A DNA stretch of 64,000 bases from Acidobacteriota bacterium (GTDB lineage Bacteria; Acidobacteriota; Terriglobia; Bryobacterales; Bryobacteraceae), in assembly GCA_023436715.1 (NCBI GenBank), contig JAEZIJ010000204.1:3548-67547 (forward strand), read 5' to 3'. Shown in pieces: positions 17,905 to 26,689 of the stretch (position 1 is the stretch's first letter; each line of letters begins with the position of its first letter). The notes beneath the pieces were generated by a model. That model did not search any database. It was not told where the DNA came from and saw nothing but the letters and a program-made list of their open reading frames with translations. A program made the position numbers and the translations under genes.

Positions 17905-18325
17905 ACTCTACGCCCTCTCGGTTCTCCAGCCGTGGGCGTGGCTGCTCTTCCACAGAAAGGATGTCGAGAACCGCTCCTGGCCACTGCCCCGCTGGATCGT
18001 CGGCAAGATGGTCGCCATCCACGCGAGCGCGCGGTTTGACCGGAAGGAGTACGAGTCGGCGCACTGGTTGATCCAGGAATCCTGCCCGAGTGTCGTACTG
18101 CCATCGCCCAACGATCTCGCTTACGGTTTCATCATCGGCACTCTGCGTTTCGTTGAGGACGTGACCGAGCACCCGTCGCCGTTCTTCTTTGGCCCGCACG
18201 GGTGGCTGCACGCTGACGCGCATCTGCTTGAGGCACCCATTCGATGCCGCGGGGCCCTCGGGTTTTGGCGCGTTCCGGATGAGATCACGGACGCGGTGCG
18301 CCGACAGATGGAGGCCACCCGCTAA
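17897..18325 (+). CDS. ASCH domain protein
   Basis: MRELYALSVLQPWAWLLFHRKDVENRSW.. resembles the ASCH N-terminus (S.xQPWA..i..G.K..E.R). Confidence 0.6.
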   Translation: MRELYALSVLQPWAWLLFHRKDVENRSWPLPRWIVGKMVAIHASARFDRKEYESAHWLIQESCPSVVLPSPNDLAYGFIIGTLRFVEDVTEHPSPFFFGPHGWLHADAHLLEAPIRCRGALGFWRVPDEITDAVRRQMEATR

Positions 18326-18392
18326 TGACCCGCATCCGAATCACCGAATCCCAGTTCGCGATGTTTAGGCAGCCGGAAAGGAGCATGCCCCG

Positions 18393-18872
18393 ATGACAAA
18401 CCCACAACCACAACCAGCACCGCAGCGCGTTTCCTTCTTCGTTCCAGGCTTACCGCGGCCGGGCGGGAGCAAGCGTGGATTCTACATTCAGAAAATCAAG
18501 CGCGTCGTGCTCACTGAAGACAACAAGCATTCGAAAGACTGGCGCGCGTCGGTCGCGCACGAGGCGACTTTTACAATCGCGGCGCCGTTCTCCGGGCCCC
18601 TGCTCGTGACGTTCACGTTCTACATGCCGCGGCCAAAGGGTCATCTGAACAGCAAAGGCACGGTGCGGCCGGCGGCGCCGCGCTTCCCGGCGTGCAAGCC
18701 CGATGTGACGAAGCTCATCCGGAGCACCGAGGATGCGCTGAAGGCTATCGCATGGCTCGATGATTCACAGATCGTGGCTCAGATCGGGATGAAGTATTAC
18801 GCCGATGAGCAGCAGAAGCCGGGTTGCCAGATCACGGTTGAGCCGGCCAAGGGTGAGAGGAGGATGTCTTGA
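18393..18872 (+). CDS. rusA: RusA-family Holliday junction resolvase
   Basis: FFVPGLPRPGGSKR.., FYMPRPKGH, KPDVTKLIRSTEDAL and WLDDSQIV motifs. Confidence 0.8.
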   Translation: MTNPQPQPAPQRVSFFVPGLPRPGGSKRGFYIQKIKRVVLTEDNKHSKDWRASVAHEATFTIAAPFSGPLLVTFTFYMPRPKGHLNSKGTVRPAAPRFPACKPDVTKLIRSTEDALKAIAWLDDSQIVAQIGMKYYADEQQKPGCQITVEPAKGERRMS

Positions 18873-19261
18873 CCCAACTTCCGATTTCCCGACCACAAAT
18901 GAGGGAGGAAAACAGGAAGTCCTTGGCTGAGATCTACGCCCGCATCCCGCGTGTGTCGCCTTGCAAGCCGGGCTGCCACGATTGCTGCGGACCGATCGCG
19001 ATGAGCCGCGTGGAGTACGGGCGCCTGACCGGAAAGCGCCTGAGCACAAGCCAGCCGCCCATCGTGGCGAGCAGCACAGGCGACTGCCCCTACGTGAGTC
19101 CGGTTGACGGCTGCTGCACGAAGTACGAACAGCGCCCGGCTATCTGCCGGCTGTACGGCACGGTTGAAGGAATGCGCTGTCCGCGCGGATGCGTGCCGGA
19201 GCGCTGGCTTACGGATGCCGAGGCGCGGCAGATATTGGCGGAGGTCGAGGAAGCGAGATGA
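18869..19261 (+). CDS. YkgJ-type cysteine-cluster (CxxCxxCC) protein
   Basis: CKPGCHDCCGP followed by CPYVS..GCCTKYEQRPAICRLYG. Confidence 0.65.
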   Translation: MTQLPISRPQMREENRKSLAEIYARIPRVSPCKPGCHDCCGPIAMSRVEYGRLTGKRLSTSQPPIVASSTGDCPYVSPVDGCCTKYEQRPAICRLYGTVEGMRCPRGCVPERWLTDAEARQILAEVEEAR

Positions 19262-19800
19262 CTGAATACCACATTCTGAACCTTGGCGCAGGCGTCCAGT
19301 CCACGACCCTGTACCTGATGTTCATGCGTGGCGAACTCCCGGTGAAGCTGGACTGCGCCATCTTCGCGGACACCCAAGAGGAGCCAGGTGCGGTTTACGA
19401 GCACCTGGAGTGGCTGAAGTCGCTCAAGGGTCCGGAAATACTTGTGCGGACGTGCGGCAAGCTGGGCGATGACCTGACCCACGGCAGGAACACCACGGGC
19501 CAGCGGTTCGCTGCAATCCCGGCCTTCACGACGGCCAACGGGGGGGGCGACGTGGGTAGAACGCGGCGCCAGTGCTCGAAGGAGTACAAGACCGAGGTAA
19601 TCCAGCGCACCATCCGGCGCGAGGTGCTGGGGTTGGCTCCAGGCCGCCGGGTTCCGCGCACCACCAAGGTTCACCAGTCCGAGGGCGCGGGATCTTCAAC
19701 TAAGCATGAGCTTCGCTGGTGTGTGCGAGGGGGTGTGTGGAGTATGACCCACCCCGACCGTGCCCGCATCATTTCCGACACGGAGGCAGCATCAGCATGA
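19258..19800 (+). pseudogene. PAPS-reductase/PP-loop-like protein, apparently 3'-truncated
   Basis: HILNLGAGVQSTTL PP-loop-like N-terminus and RRQCSKEYK are typical of phage PAPS-reductase-like proteins. After ..TTKVHQ the sequence loses family character, and the usual C-terminal Cys motif is absent. Confidence 0.45.
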
Positions 19801-20003
19801 ATTACCGCCCACCAGTAGATAGCGTTTGCGTGGCCGCGCCCAAGACATACACCTGCCCCTACTGCAAACAGGAGTTCCGGACCACCCTCCGTTTCCCTGG
19901 AGGCGCTCCGGGATGCAGATCGCAGGAGTGCAAGGCAGCGCAGCGGGCGAAGTGGCGTGAAAACGAGAAGAAGCGGAAGACGCGGAGAAAAGGACAATCG
20001 TGA
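19797..20003 (+). CDS. small basic zinc-ribbon-like protein
   Basis: MNYRPPVDSVCVAAPKTYTCPYCKQEF..GCRSQECKAAQRAKWRENEKKRKTRRK. Confidence 0.5.
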   Translation: MNYRPPVDSVCVAAPKTYTCPYCKQEFRTTLRFPGGAPGCRSQECKAAQRAKWRENEKKRKTRRKGQS

Positions 20004-21493
20004 AGACTATCTCAGCAGCAGACTTATTCTGTGGCGCCGGCGGCACCTCAACCGGTTTAGTGCGCGCATGTGAGCGGATCGGAGTGCAGCCGTCTCTGAT
20101 CGCGGTGAACCACTGGGACATCGCAGTCGAGACGCACGCGGCGAACCACCCGTGGGCGAACCACCTGTGCGCGGCGCTCGACAACATCGACCCGGCGAAG
20201 GCAGTCCCGAGCGGACGGCTGAACCTGCTCGTAGCCTCGCCCGAGTGCACACACCACAGCCTGGCTCGCGGCGGAAAGCCGTGTTCCGACCAGTCGCGCG
20301 CCTCGGCGTGGCTCGTCCTGAAGTGGCTCCAGGAACTATACGTCGAGAACGCGCTCATCGAGAACGTCCAGGAGTTCACCTCCTGGGGTCCACTGGGGGC
20401 GGACGGACGCCCGATGAAGCGCGGCCGCGGCCAGACGTTCCAAGCGTTCGTCGGAGCGCTGCGATCGCTCGGCTACCACGTAGATTGGCGGGTGCTGTGC
20501 GCCGCGGACTACGGCGACGCGACGACGCGCGAGCGGCTGTTTATCATCGCGCGCCGCGGCCGACGGAAGGCCGCTTGGCCAGAGGCGAGCCACACGCGGA
20601 CACCGGAACAGGCCGAGATGTTTGGCGCGCGGCAGCCGTGGCGTCCGGCCCGGGAAATCATCGACTGGTCGATTCCTTCACAGTCGATCTTCTCGAGAAA
20701 GAAGCCGTTGGCGCCCGCGACAATCGAGCGTATCGCGGCGGGCCTGCGCAAGTTCGGAGGGAAGTATGCCGAACCATTCCTGGTGGTGCTGCGGCGCCAT
20801 GCGGACGCGCGATCTGTGAATGAGCCGCTCCCGACCCTGACCGCGGGCGGCCAACATATCGGGCTTTGCGAGCCTTTTGTGCTGCCGATGAATCGGCGCA
20901 AAGATTGCCCGATCCCAGTCGACCACCCCATGAACACGATCACGGCAACGAGCGCGGATTACGGCCTCGTGCAGCCGTTCATTGCCGAGCTTCGCTCCGG
21001 CAAGGACGCACGATCGATCGATGATCCGCTTTCCACTGTGACCACAAAGGGTGCGCATCACGCGCTCGTGCAGCCGTTCGTGATGAGCATGGAGCACGGG
21101 CGTCCGCGGACGTTCGTTCTTCCCGTACATCACGGAATCCGGGACAGCCGCACGTACGACATGGACCGCCCCATGCCTACGATCACCACTGTCGATGCGT
21201 GGGGCCTCGTTGAGCCGCTGGTCGTCCAGTACAACGGAACGGCCGACGCGCGGCCGGCTTCGGAGCCTCTCGGCTCGATCACCACACGCGACCGCTTCGG
21301 GCTCGTGACCTGTGACGGCTATGCGCTCGATATCCACTTCCGGATGCTGCATTGGCGCGAGCTGGCGGCGGCGCACACCTTCCCCGCGGATTACAGGTTC
21401 TCCGGGAACCGCGAGCAGATCGTGAAGCAGATCGGCAACAGCGTCCCGACGGAACTGGCCGCGGCGCTTTGCGCGGAGGTGCTGGCCGCATGA
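20000..21493 (+). CDS. dcm: DNA (cytosine-5)-methyltransferase
   Basis: Motif I FCGAGGTSTG, motif IV ASPECTHHS, motif VI ENVQEF, motif X QIGNSVP. Confidence 0.9.
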   Translation: MKTISAADLFCGAGGTSTGLVRACERIGVQPSLIAVNHWDIAVETHAANHPWANHLCAALDNIDPAKAVPSGRLNLLVASPECTHHSLARGGKPCSDQSRASAWLVLKWLQELYVENALIENVQEFTSWGPLGADGRPMKRGRGQTFQAFVGALRSLGYHVDWRVLCAADYGDATTRERLFIIARRGRRKAAWPEASHTRTPEQAEMFGARQPWRPAREIIDWSIPSQSIFSRKKPLAPATIERIAAGLRKFGGKYAEPFLVVLRRHADARSVNEPLPTLTAGGQHIGLCEPFVLPMNRRKDCPIPVDHPMNTITATSADYGLVQPFIAELRSGKDARSIDDPLSTVTTKGAHHALVQPFVMSMEHGRPRTFVLPVHHGIRDSRTYDMDRPMPTITTVDAWGLVEPLVVQYNGTADARPASEPLGSITTRDRFGLVTCDGYALDIHFRMLHWRELAAAHTFPADYRFSGNREQIVKQIGNSVPTELAAALCAEVLAA

Positions 21494-21587
21494 TTTGGGT
21501 TTGGGGTTTTTTACCTTCATCTAGAACATTTTCAGAATGTTATGGTTTAGAACCTCGTGTGCCACTTGAAATGGAGGTCGCTAAGTG

Positions 21588-21737
21588 ATGACCGAATGGC
21601 GCGATGACAGGTTCGCGGAGTTGGACCGGGTGATCGACTTGCCCCGCTGCGCCTGCGGAGAACTGTGCGATGAGCCAGGCCGGCGCCTGTGCCAACAATG
21701 CCGCATCATCCACCGCGCCGCCTCTCGGAAGCGCTGA
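21588..21737 (+). CDS. small Cys-rich protein, 49 aa
   Basis: Own translation: MTEWRDDRFAELDRVIDLPRCACGELCDEPGRRLCQQCRIIHRAASRKR. GGAGG lies 11 nt upstream. High GC3. The overlapping minus-strand track ORFs have poor coding character. Confidence 0.5.
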   Translation: MTEWRDDRFAELDRVIDLPRCACGELCDEPGRRLCQQCRIIHRAASRKR

Positions 21738-21838
21738 CAGAGGGCTAATCCCAAGGTGGCGTACAGGCACACGAAGGCATGGCGGAGGCGTAACAAGGTG
21801 CGGATGTTGGTCAGGAGGAAATCTTGGAGGGATAACAA

Positions 21839-22237
21839 GTGAGCCCACGTCTGCGAATCCGAATTCTCGAGCGCGACAACTACACCTGCCAGTATTGCGG
21901 AGCGCAGGCACCGCACGTAAGGCTGCACGTCGATCACGTACTTCCGCGCTCCCGGGGCGGTGACGACAGTCCAGGGAACCTTCTCACGGCTTGCCAAGCG
22001 TGCAACCTCGGCAAAGGTGCGGTACGCATCAGGCGGCCAATTCCGACCCTGTCAGGGCAGCAGCAGCGCACATTGCGCGCTCTTGAAGCGGCGCATGAGG
22101 TTGCCTTCGACGACTGGATGGAACAGTTGGCGGTTGACGAGGCGCTATCCGACGCGCAGCCGGATGACCCGGAAGAGGAAGTGGAACCCGATTACGACGA
22201 CTACGAGGAGGAGCCCTTGTATGGCGCGAACCCGTGA
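21839..22237 (+). CDS. HNH endonuclease
   Basis: ILERDNYTCQYCG..HVDHVLPRSRGGDDSPGNLLTACQACNLGKG. Confidence 0.85.
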   Translation: MSPRLRIRILERDNYTCQYCGAQAPHVRLHVDHVLPRSRGGDDSPGNLLTACQACNLGKGAVRIRRPIPTLSGQQQRTLRALEAAHEVAFDDWMEQLAVDEALSDAQPDDPEEEVEPDYDDYEEEPLYGANP

Positions 22238-23045
22238 TCTCAGGCCTGGATTCTTCAAAAACGAGCAGCTCTGCGAGCTTCCGTTTGCGAACCGGCTGTT
22301 GTTCGCCGGCCTCTGGGTAATCGCTGATCGTTCCGGACGTCTGGAGGATCGTCCCAAGCGAATTCATGCGGAACTCTTCCCTTACGATCCGGACCTGAAC
22401 GTCGATGTGATGCTCGAAGAACTCGATAAACGGGACTTCATCTACCGCTATATTCTGAACGAAAATTCATACATACAGATCGCGAAGTGGCACATCCACC
22501 AGCACCCTCACCCGAAGGAACCAGAAAGTTGCATCCCCCCAATTCCTTTCGATCTTTCTGATTCTAAAGCCTGCCGTGACTTTTCCGGAACGAGCCGTGT
22601 AATTTCCGGAACCGACCGGGTATTTCCCTCTATTCCCTCTTGTACTTCTGATACACCCCCTATAGTCCCCCTGAAGGGGGACGGAGATTTTTCTCTTCAG
22701 GAACCTCCAACCGGGAAGCCGAAGCGACCGCGCAAGAACAAACGGAAGATGGCCCAGTGGCAGCGGGAGAAGTTTGTGGAGTTCATGCGGCTTCACCCGA
22801 AAAGCGAGTACCAGGTCGCGACCGCCAATAAAGTCTGGGCCGAGAAGGTGACCAACGAGGGAGTCCTGAAGTTTGTCATGGACCGCCTGGAACACGAGAT
22901 GAAGGGCGATACGACGTACATGCTTGGCTCCGGCAAATGGCTCCAGGCTGCAATCACCCTGTACGAACTTGGGTTGACCAAAAAGCCCGAACCAGTCCGC
23001 GACCCAGGCGACCTCCCTGAGTGGAAGCCGAACTATCACGCATGA
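22221..23045 (+). CDS. phage replication organizer / helicase-loader-like protein
   Basis: ATG at 22221. MARTRDLRPGFFKNEQLCELPFANRLLFAGLWVIADRSGRLEDRP is a recurrent N-terminus of phage replication proteins. It lies immediately upstream of dnaB. Confidence 0.5.
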   Translation: MARTRDLRPGFFKNEQLCELPFANRLLFAGLWVIADRSGRLEDRPKRIHAELFPYDPDLNVDVMLEELDKRDFIYRYILNENSYIQIAKWHIHQHPHPKEPESCIPPIPFDLSDSKACRDFSGTSRVISGTDRVFPSIPSCTSDTPPIVPLKGDGDFSLQEPPTGKPKRPRKNKRKMAQWQREKFVEFMRLHPKSEYQVATANKVWAEKVTNEGVLKFVMDRLEHEMKGDTTYMLGSGKWLQAAITLYELGLTKKPEPVRDPGDLPEWKPNYHA

Positions 23046-24427
23046 CGACCACCGAACCCATCACCGAACGCGGCCTGCCGGTCAACATCGACGCTGAGCG
23101 CTTCGTGCTCGGATCGATACTGATCGACGACCATCTCTACCCAGGCGTGGCCGCGATGCTGTGCGACGCCGATTTCGCACTTCACAAGCACCGTCTGATC
23201 TGGCGCCGCATGGTCGAACTGTACGAGTCCGGCGAGCGGATCGACCGGGTTACAGTGGCGAACGCGCTGAAAGATCACGGGCAACTTGAGTCGGTGGACG
23301 GGTTGAGTTATCTCGCCTCGCTCGACGACGGCCTGCCGCGCACCTCGAACATCGACGGCTACGTCCGAATCGTCCGCGATAAGTCGCGTCTGCGCCAGAT
23401 CATCCACGCCTCACACGCCACAATCAACCGATGCATGGACGCGGACGGCGACGTGCGCGACATTCTGGCCGACGCCTCCGAGCGGCTGCTCACGATGGAC
23501 GCCGGCCCGGACGAGCGCGTAGGAATGCAGACGCTCTCCGAGGTGCTCTCGGTATTCGACGGCGGAATCAACACGTTCCTTGACCCGAGCAAGCGCGCTC
23601 CGGGGCTTCAGACGGGGTTCCTGAAGTTCGACGAGATGACCGGAGGATTGCATCCCGGCGAACTCATCATCCTAGCCGCGCGCCCCGCGATGGGAAAGAC
23701 GGCGCTCGCCTGCAATATCGCCCACCACGTGTCGAGCCGCGGCGGTACGGTCGCGGTGTTCTCGCTCGAGATGTCGAAGGAGGATCTATTCACGCGCATA
23801 TGCTGCGCGGCCGCGCGGGTGGACTCGCAACATTTCCGCGCCGGCAGACTGCCCCGAACCGACAAAACGCGAATGCTGACGGCCGCCGGGCAGATCGCCT
23901 CATCGCCGCTGTTTATCGATGACGCCAGTAGCCCTGACTTGATGGCCATTCGGAACAAACTGCGGAAGCTCAAGGCGAAGTACGGATTGGCGCTCGTGAT
24001 CGTGGACTATCTGCAACTCATGGGCGTGCGCGGCAAAGAGAACCGCACACAGGAAGTGAGCGCGCTTTCGCGCGGGCTGAAGATCATGGCCAAGGATTTC
24101 GGAGTGCCATTCCTGGCGCTCTCGCAGTTGAGTCGGGCACTGGAACAGCGCACGGGTGGAGAGCGGCGCCCGCAGCTGAGCGACCTGCGTGAAAGCGGCA
24201 GTTTAGAGCAAGACGCAGACCTCGTGGCCTTCATTTTCCGCGAGGAAGTCTACAAACCTGAGCGTCAAGACTTGCGCGGAATGGCCGAGCTGATCCTGGC
24301 GAAGCAGCGCAACGGCCCGACGGGGAGAACCAACTTGGTGTTTCTGAAGCAGTACACAAAATTCGAGAACGCAGCGGCAGATTCGGAGCCGCCAGAGGGA
24401 GGGATGTTCGATGGCGACGGTGAGTGA
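23042..24427 (+). CDS. dnaB: replicative DNA helicase DnaB
   Basis: N-terminal ERFVLGSILID; Walker A ARPAMGKTALA; DYLQLM; LSQLSRALEQR; SDLRESGSLEQDAD. Confidence 0.92.
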   Translation: MTTTEPITERGLPVNIDAERFVLGSILIDDHLYPGVAAMLCDADFALHKHRLIWRRMVELYESGERIDRVTVANALKDHGQLESVDGLSYLASLDDGLPRTSNIDGYVRIVRDKSRLRQIIHASHATINRCMDADGDVRDILADASERLLTMDAGPDERVGMQTLSEVLSVFDGGINTFLDPSKRAPGLQTGFLKFDEMTGGLHPGELIILAARPAMGKTALACNIAHHVSSRGGTVAVFSLEMSKEDLFTRICCAAARVDSQHFRAGRLPRTDKTRMLTAAGQIASSPLFIDDASSPDLMAIRNKLRKLKAKYGLALVIVDYLQLMGVRGKENRTQEVSALSRGLKIMAKDFGVPFLALSQLSRALEQRTGGERRPQLSDLRESGSLEQDADLVAFIFREEVYKPERQDLRGMAELILAKQRNGPTGRTNLVFLKQYTKFENAAADSEPPEGGMFDGDGE

Positions 24428-24785
24428 TCTGGTGTACGAAGCCAAGCGCGAAGCCGGCGCGCTCGTGGCCGAACTCGAACTACAACTGGGGCCGGGCGGG
24501 ACGGCGATGAAAGCCTTGAAGCTCTACGAGCGCATCGGAGCCGTCGAGCGGGCGCTACAGGAGTCGGAGAATCCGGGAGACGGTCCGATACCGCCCGGCT
24601 GCGATCGCTGCGAGCGCGGAGCATTCGGTTTCGTACCAGCCCGCGATGGCCGTGGCGTGGAGCGGTGCGATTGCGCCCGCGGGGAGTGGTTAAGAGAGCA
24701 CGAGAGGGTGCGCAACGAGCGCAGGATGCGCCGCCGCAAACGGGCATCGGTGGACGTGAAACGGTTGGCGGCGGGGGAGAGATGA
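24411..24785 (+). CDS. phage hypothetical protein
   Basis: Track ORF. Helical N-terminus, Cys pairs (CDRCERG, CDCARG), basic tail. Confidence 0.55.
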   Translation: MATVSDLVYEAKREAGALVAELELQLGPGGTAMKALKLYERIGAVERALQESENPGDGPIPPGCDRCERGAFGFVPARDGRGVERCDCARGEWLREHERVRNERRMRRRKRASVDVKRLAAGER

Positions 24786-25384
24786 AAACACTTCAGACGG
24801 AGAATGTTTTGGTGACCAATAAGACAACACTCTTGACAGATGTTTCGGCATGCGATTATCCTGAATCCAGTTCAAGCGTGGCCGGGACGCAGCCACTCGG
24901 CGGCAGTAGCCGACCCGGTGCCCCCTCGACAATACCCCTCTATCCAATGGCCGACAAGGTGCGTCTACTCGATGCCTTTGGTGAGTTTATTCACGAGATC
25001 GGCTCTGACGAAGCCCACAGGCTCATCCGTGAGCGCAAGGCGACGGGGATGGGGACGCGCAAGAGAATCCGAGCCGTGCAACTCACCGTTGAGCGGAAAG
25101 CAGCCGAAGACAACGGCGTTCCGGGCCGCGAACCGCTCCCGAACGGACTGGTGGGTCAGCGGTATTCGCACAACCACGAGTCCGACGACAACGTGGAGCA
25201 GAACTGGACGCTGCGGAAACTGACCGCCGCAAGCGTGAACGCAAACGTGTTCATCCACGAATGTTTCGTCGCGAGCGTAATCTCCTGCCTGCCTGAAGGC
25301 GAGAAGCGGGCGGAGTTTCGAGCGTACCTGCGGAGCTTGCACGCGAAGAAAATCAGCGGACGCGTTGTTTCGGATCTGTCATGA
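24782..25384 (+). CDS. phage hypothetical protein
   Basis: ATG at 24782 (ATGA overlap). No recognisable motif. Confidence 0.5.
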   Translation: MKTLQTENVLVTNKTTLLTDVSACDYPESSSSVAGTQPLGGSSRPGAPSTIPLYPMADKVRLLDAFGEFIHEIGSDEAHRLIRERKATGMGTRKRIRAVQLTVERKAAEDNGVPGREPLPNGLVGQRYSHNHESDDNVEQNWTLRKLTAASVNANVFIHECFVASVISCLPEGEKRAEFRAYLRSLHAKKISGRVVSDLS

Positions 25385-25623
25385 GCCACGCCCACCAGTC
25401 CGGAGCTCGCCACTGTGCCGACCTCGCCGGCATGTTTTCCGGCGAGGAATGGGCGCCGAAGATCCCGGAGGCACGCCCCGAGGGAGCAGGCGCGCACGAG
25501 ACGGTCTCGGCGGCCGCGAACGAGAACCCACTGATCCGCCGCCTGGACGTGAACTCGCTGGCGTCGCTGGCAGAGTTCATGGGGCTGACGGTTCAGCAGT
25601 TGATCGAACGGTATTCGAGGTAG
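25381..25623 (+). CDS. phage hypothetical protein
   Basis: Track ORF with ATGA overlap to the upstream gene. Confidence 0.5.
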   Translation: MSHAHQSGARHCADLAGMFSGEEWAPKIPEARPEGAGAHETVSAAANENPLIRRLDVNSLASLAEFMGLTVQQLIERYSR

Positions 25624-25720
25624 GAGCAGGGGCGGCCGGCGCGTTGGCGCGCGCCAGGTCAGCGTAGCAGGTTGGGCTGCCACACCGGGCCGCTCCCGGG
25701 GGCAGGATATCACACACGGA

Positions 25721-25954
25721 GTGGACCGGATGGGCAAGCTCGAACTCAGCGGAATGGGAGACCACGATCTGTTGGTGAGGATCGCCACAAAGGTCGAGGA
25801 ATTGACCGGCAATGGCCAGCCAGGTCGAATGACGCGAGCCGAAGAGGACATCCAAGGCCTGAAGTTGTGGCGCTCTTATCTGGCCGGAGCAATCGCGGTG
25901 ATCCTGTTGGCGTTGACGATCGGGACGCCGATTCTGCTGGCGAAGTTGAAATGA
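25721..25954 (+). CDS. small protein with a C-terminal transmembrane helix
   Basis: Track ORF. LAGAIAVILLALTIGTPILLA hydrophobic tail. Confidence 0.5.
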   Translation: MDRMGKLELSGMGDHDLLVRIATKVEELTGNGQPGRMTRAEEDIQGLKLWRSYLAGAIAVILLALTIGTPILLAKLK

Positions 25955-26113
25955 CGCACGAAGCGACAACAGGGCCGTTGGAGCGGCGGCGAACGATGCT
26001 ACGGAGCCGGAGTAAAAGACTAACTTCTCTGGTAGTACTACCGCCTGCCCCGCGCTTCGCGCTCCAGCATAGCGGGAAAGAACGTTTTCGTCAAGAAGTG
26101 TTCGGCGAGTGAT

Positions 26114-26689
26114 GTGGCAAAACGCGGCGGGCAACGGAAGTATTCGGAGAAAATCGGGCGCGAAATCTGCATCCGGCTCGCGGCCGGCAAGACTCTTCGC
26201 TCAATCTGCCGGAGCCTCAAAATCGCCGAGAGCACGGTTCGCTTGTGGGTTGTTGACGATGCAGGCCCAGGATTCGCTGCGCAGTACGCACGCTCCCGTG
26301 ATTGCGGCCTCGACGTCATGGCCGATGAAATCATTGAGATCGCGGACAAATCCCGCAAGGGCGTCAAGGTCGAACAGAAACAGATCGGCCGACAGTGCTC
26401 GGCGTGCAGCAAGGAATTGCGGTGGCGCAGCCGCTGGGAGCACAGCGCGGACGGTTCAGAGTTGTGCGATGGCGCGAAAGCAGAGAAGCTCGTCGAGGAC
26501 AAGGTAGTAACCAGCGACATGATCGAGCGGTCGCGGCTCCAGGTGGACGCCCGCAAGTGGTACCTGTCCAAGCTCGCTCCGAAACGGTATGGCGACAAGC
26601 CTCTTCCCGACTCTGGAGACGACCGGCTCAACGAAGTTCTCGATTTAGCGAAGAATGGTCCTGCAAAGCCCAGCAACCCGGCCGCGTAA
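26114..26689 (+). CDS. terminase small subunit
   Basis: HTH-like IGREICIRLAAGKTLRSICRSLKIAESTVRLW, and the C-terminal SRLQVDARKWYLSKLAPKRYGDK typical of TerS. Confidence 0.75.
   Translation: MAKRGGQRKYSEKIGREICIRLAAGKTLRSICRSLKIAESTVRLWVVDDAGPGFAAQYARSRDCGLDVMADEIIEIADKSRKGVKVEQKQIGRQCSACSKELRWRSRWEHSADGSELCDGAKAEKLVEDKVVTSDMIERSRLQVDARKWYLSKLAPKRYGDKPLPDSGDDRLNEVLDLAKNGPAKPSNPAA

Noticed and set aside
21540-21997. Two overlapping minus-strand ORFs (123 and 138 aa) opposite the AT-rich region and the HNH 5' end.
   Set aside because: They run against the uniformly plus-strand operon and overlap a clear HNH gene. Their composition looks non-coding.
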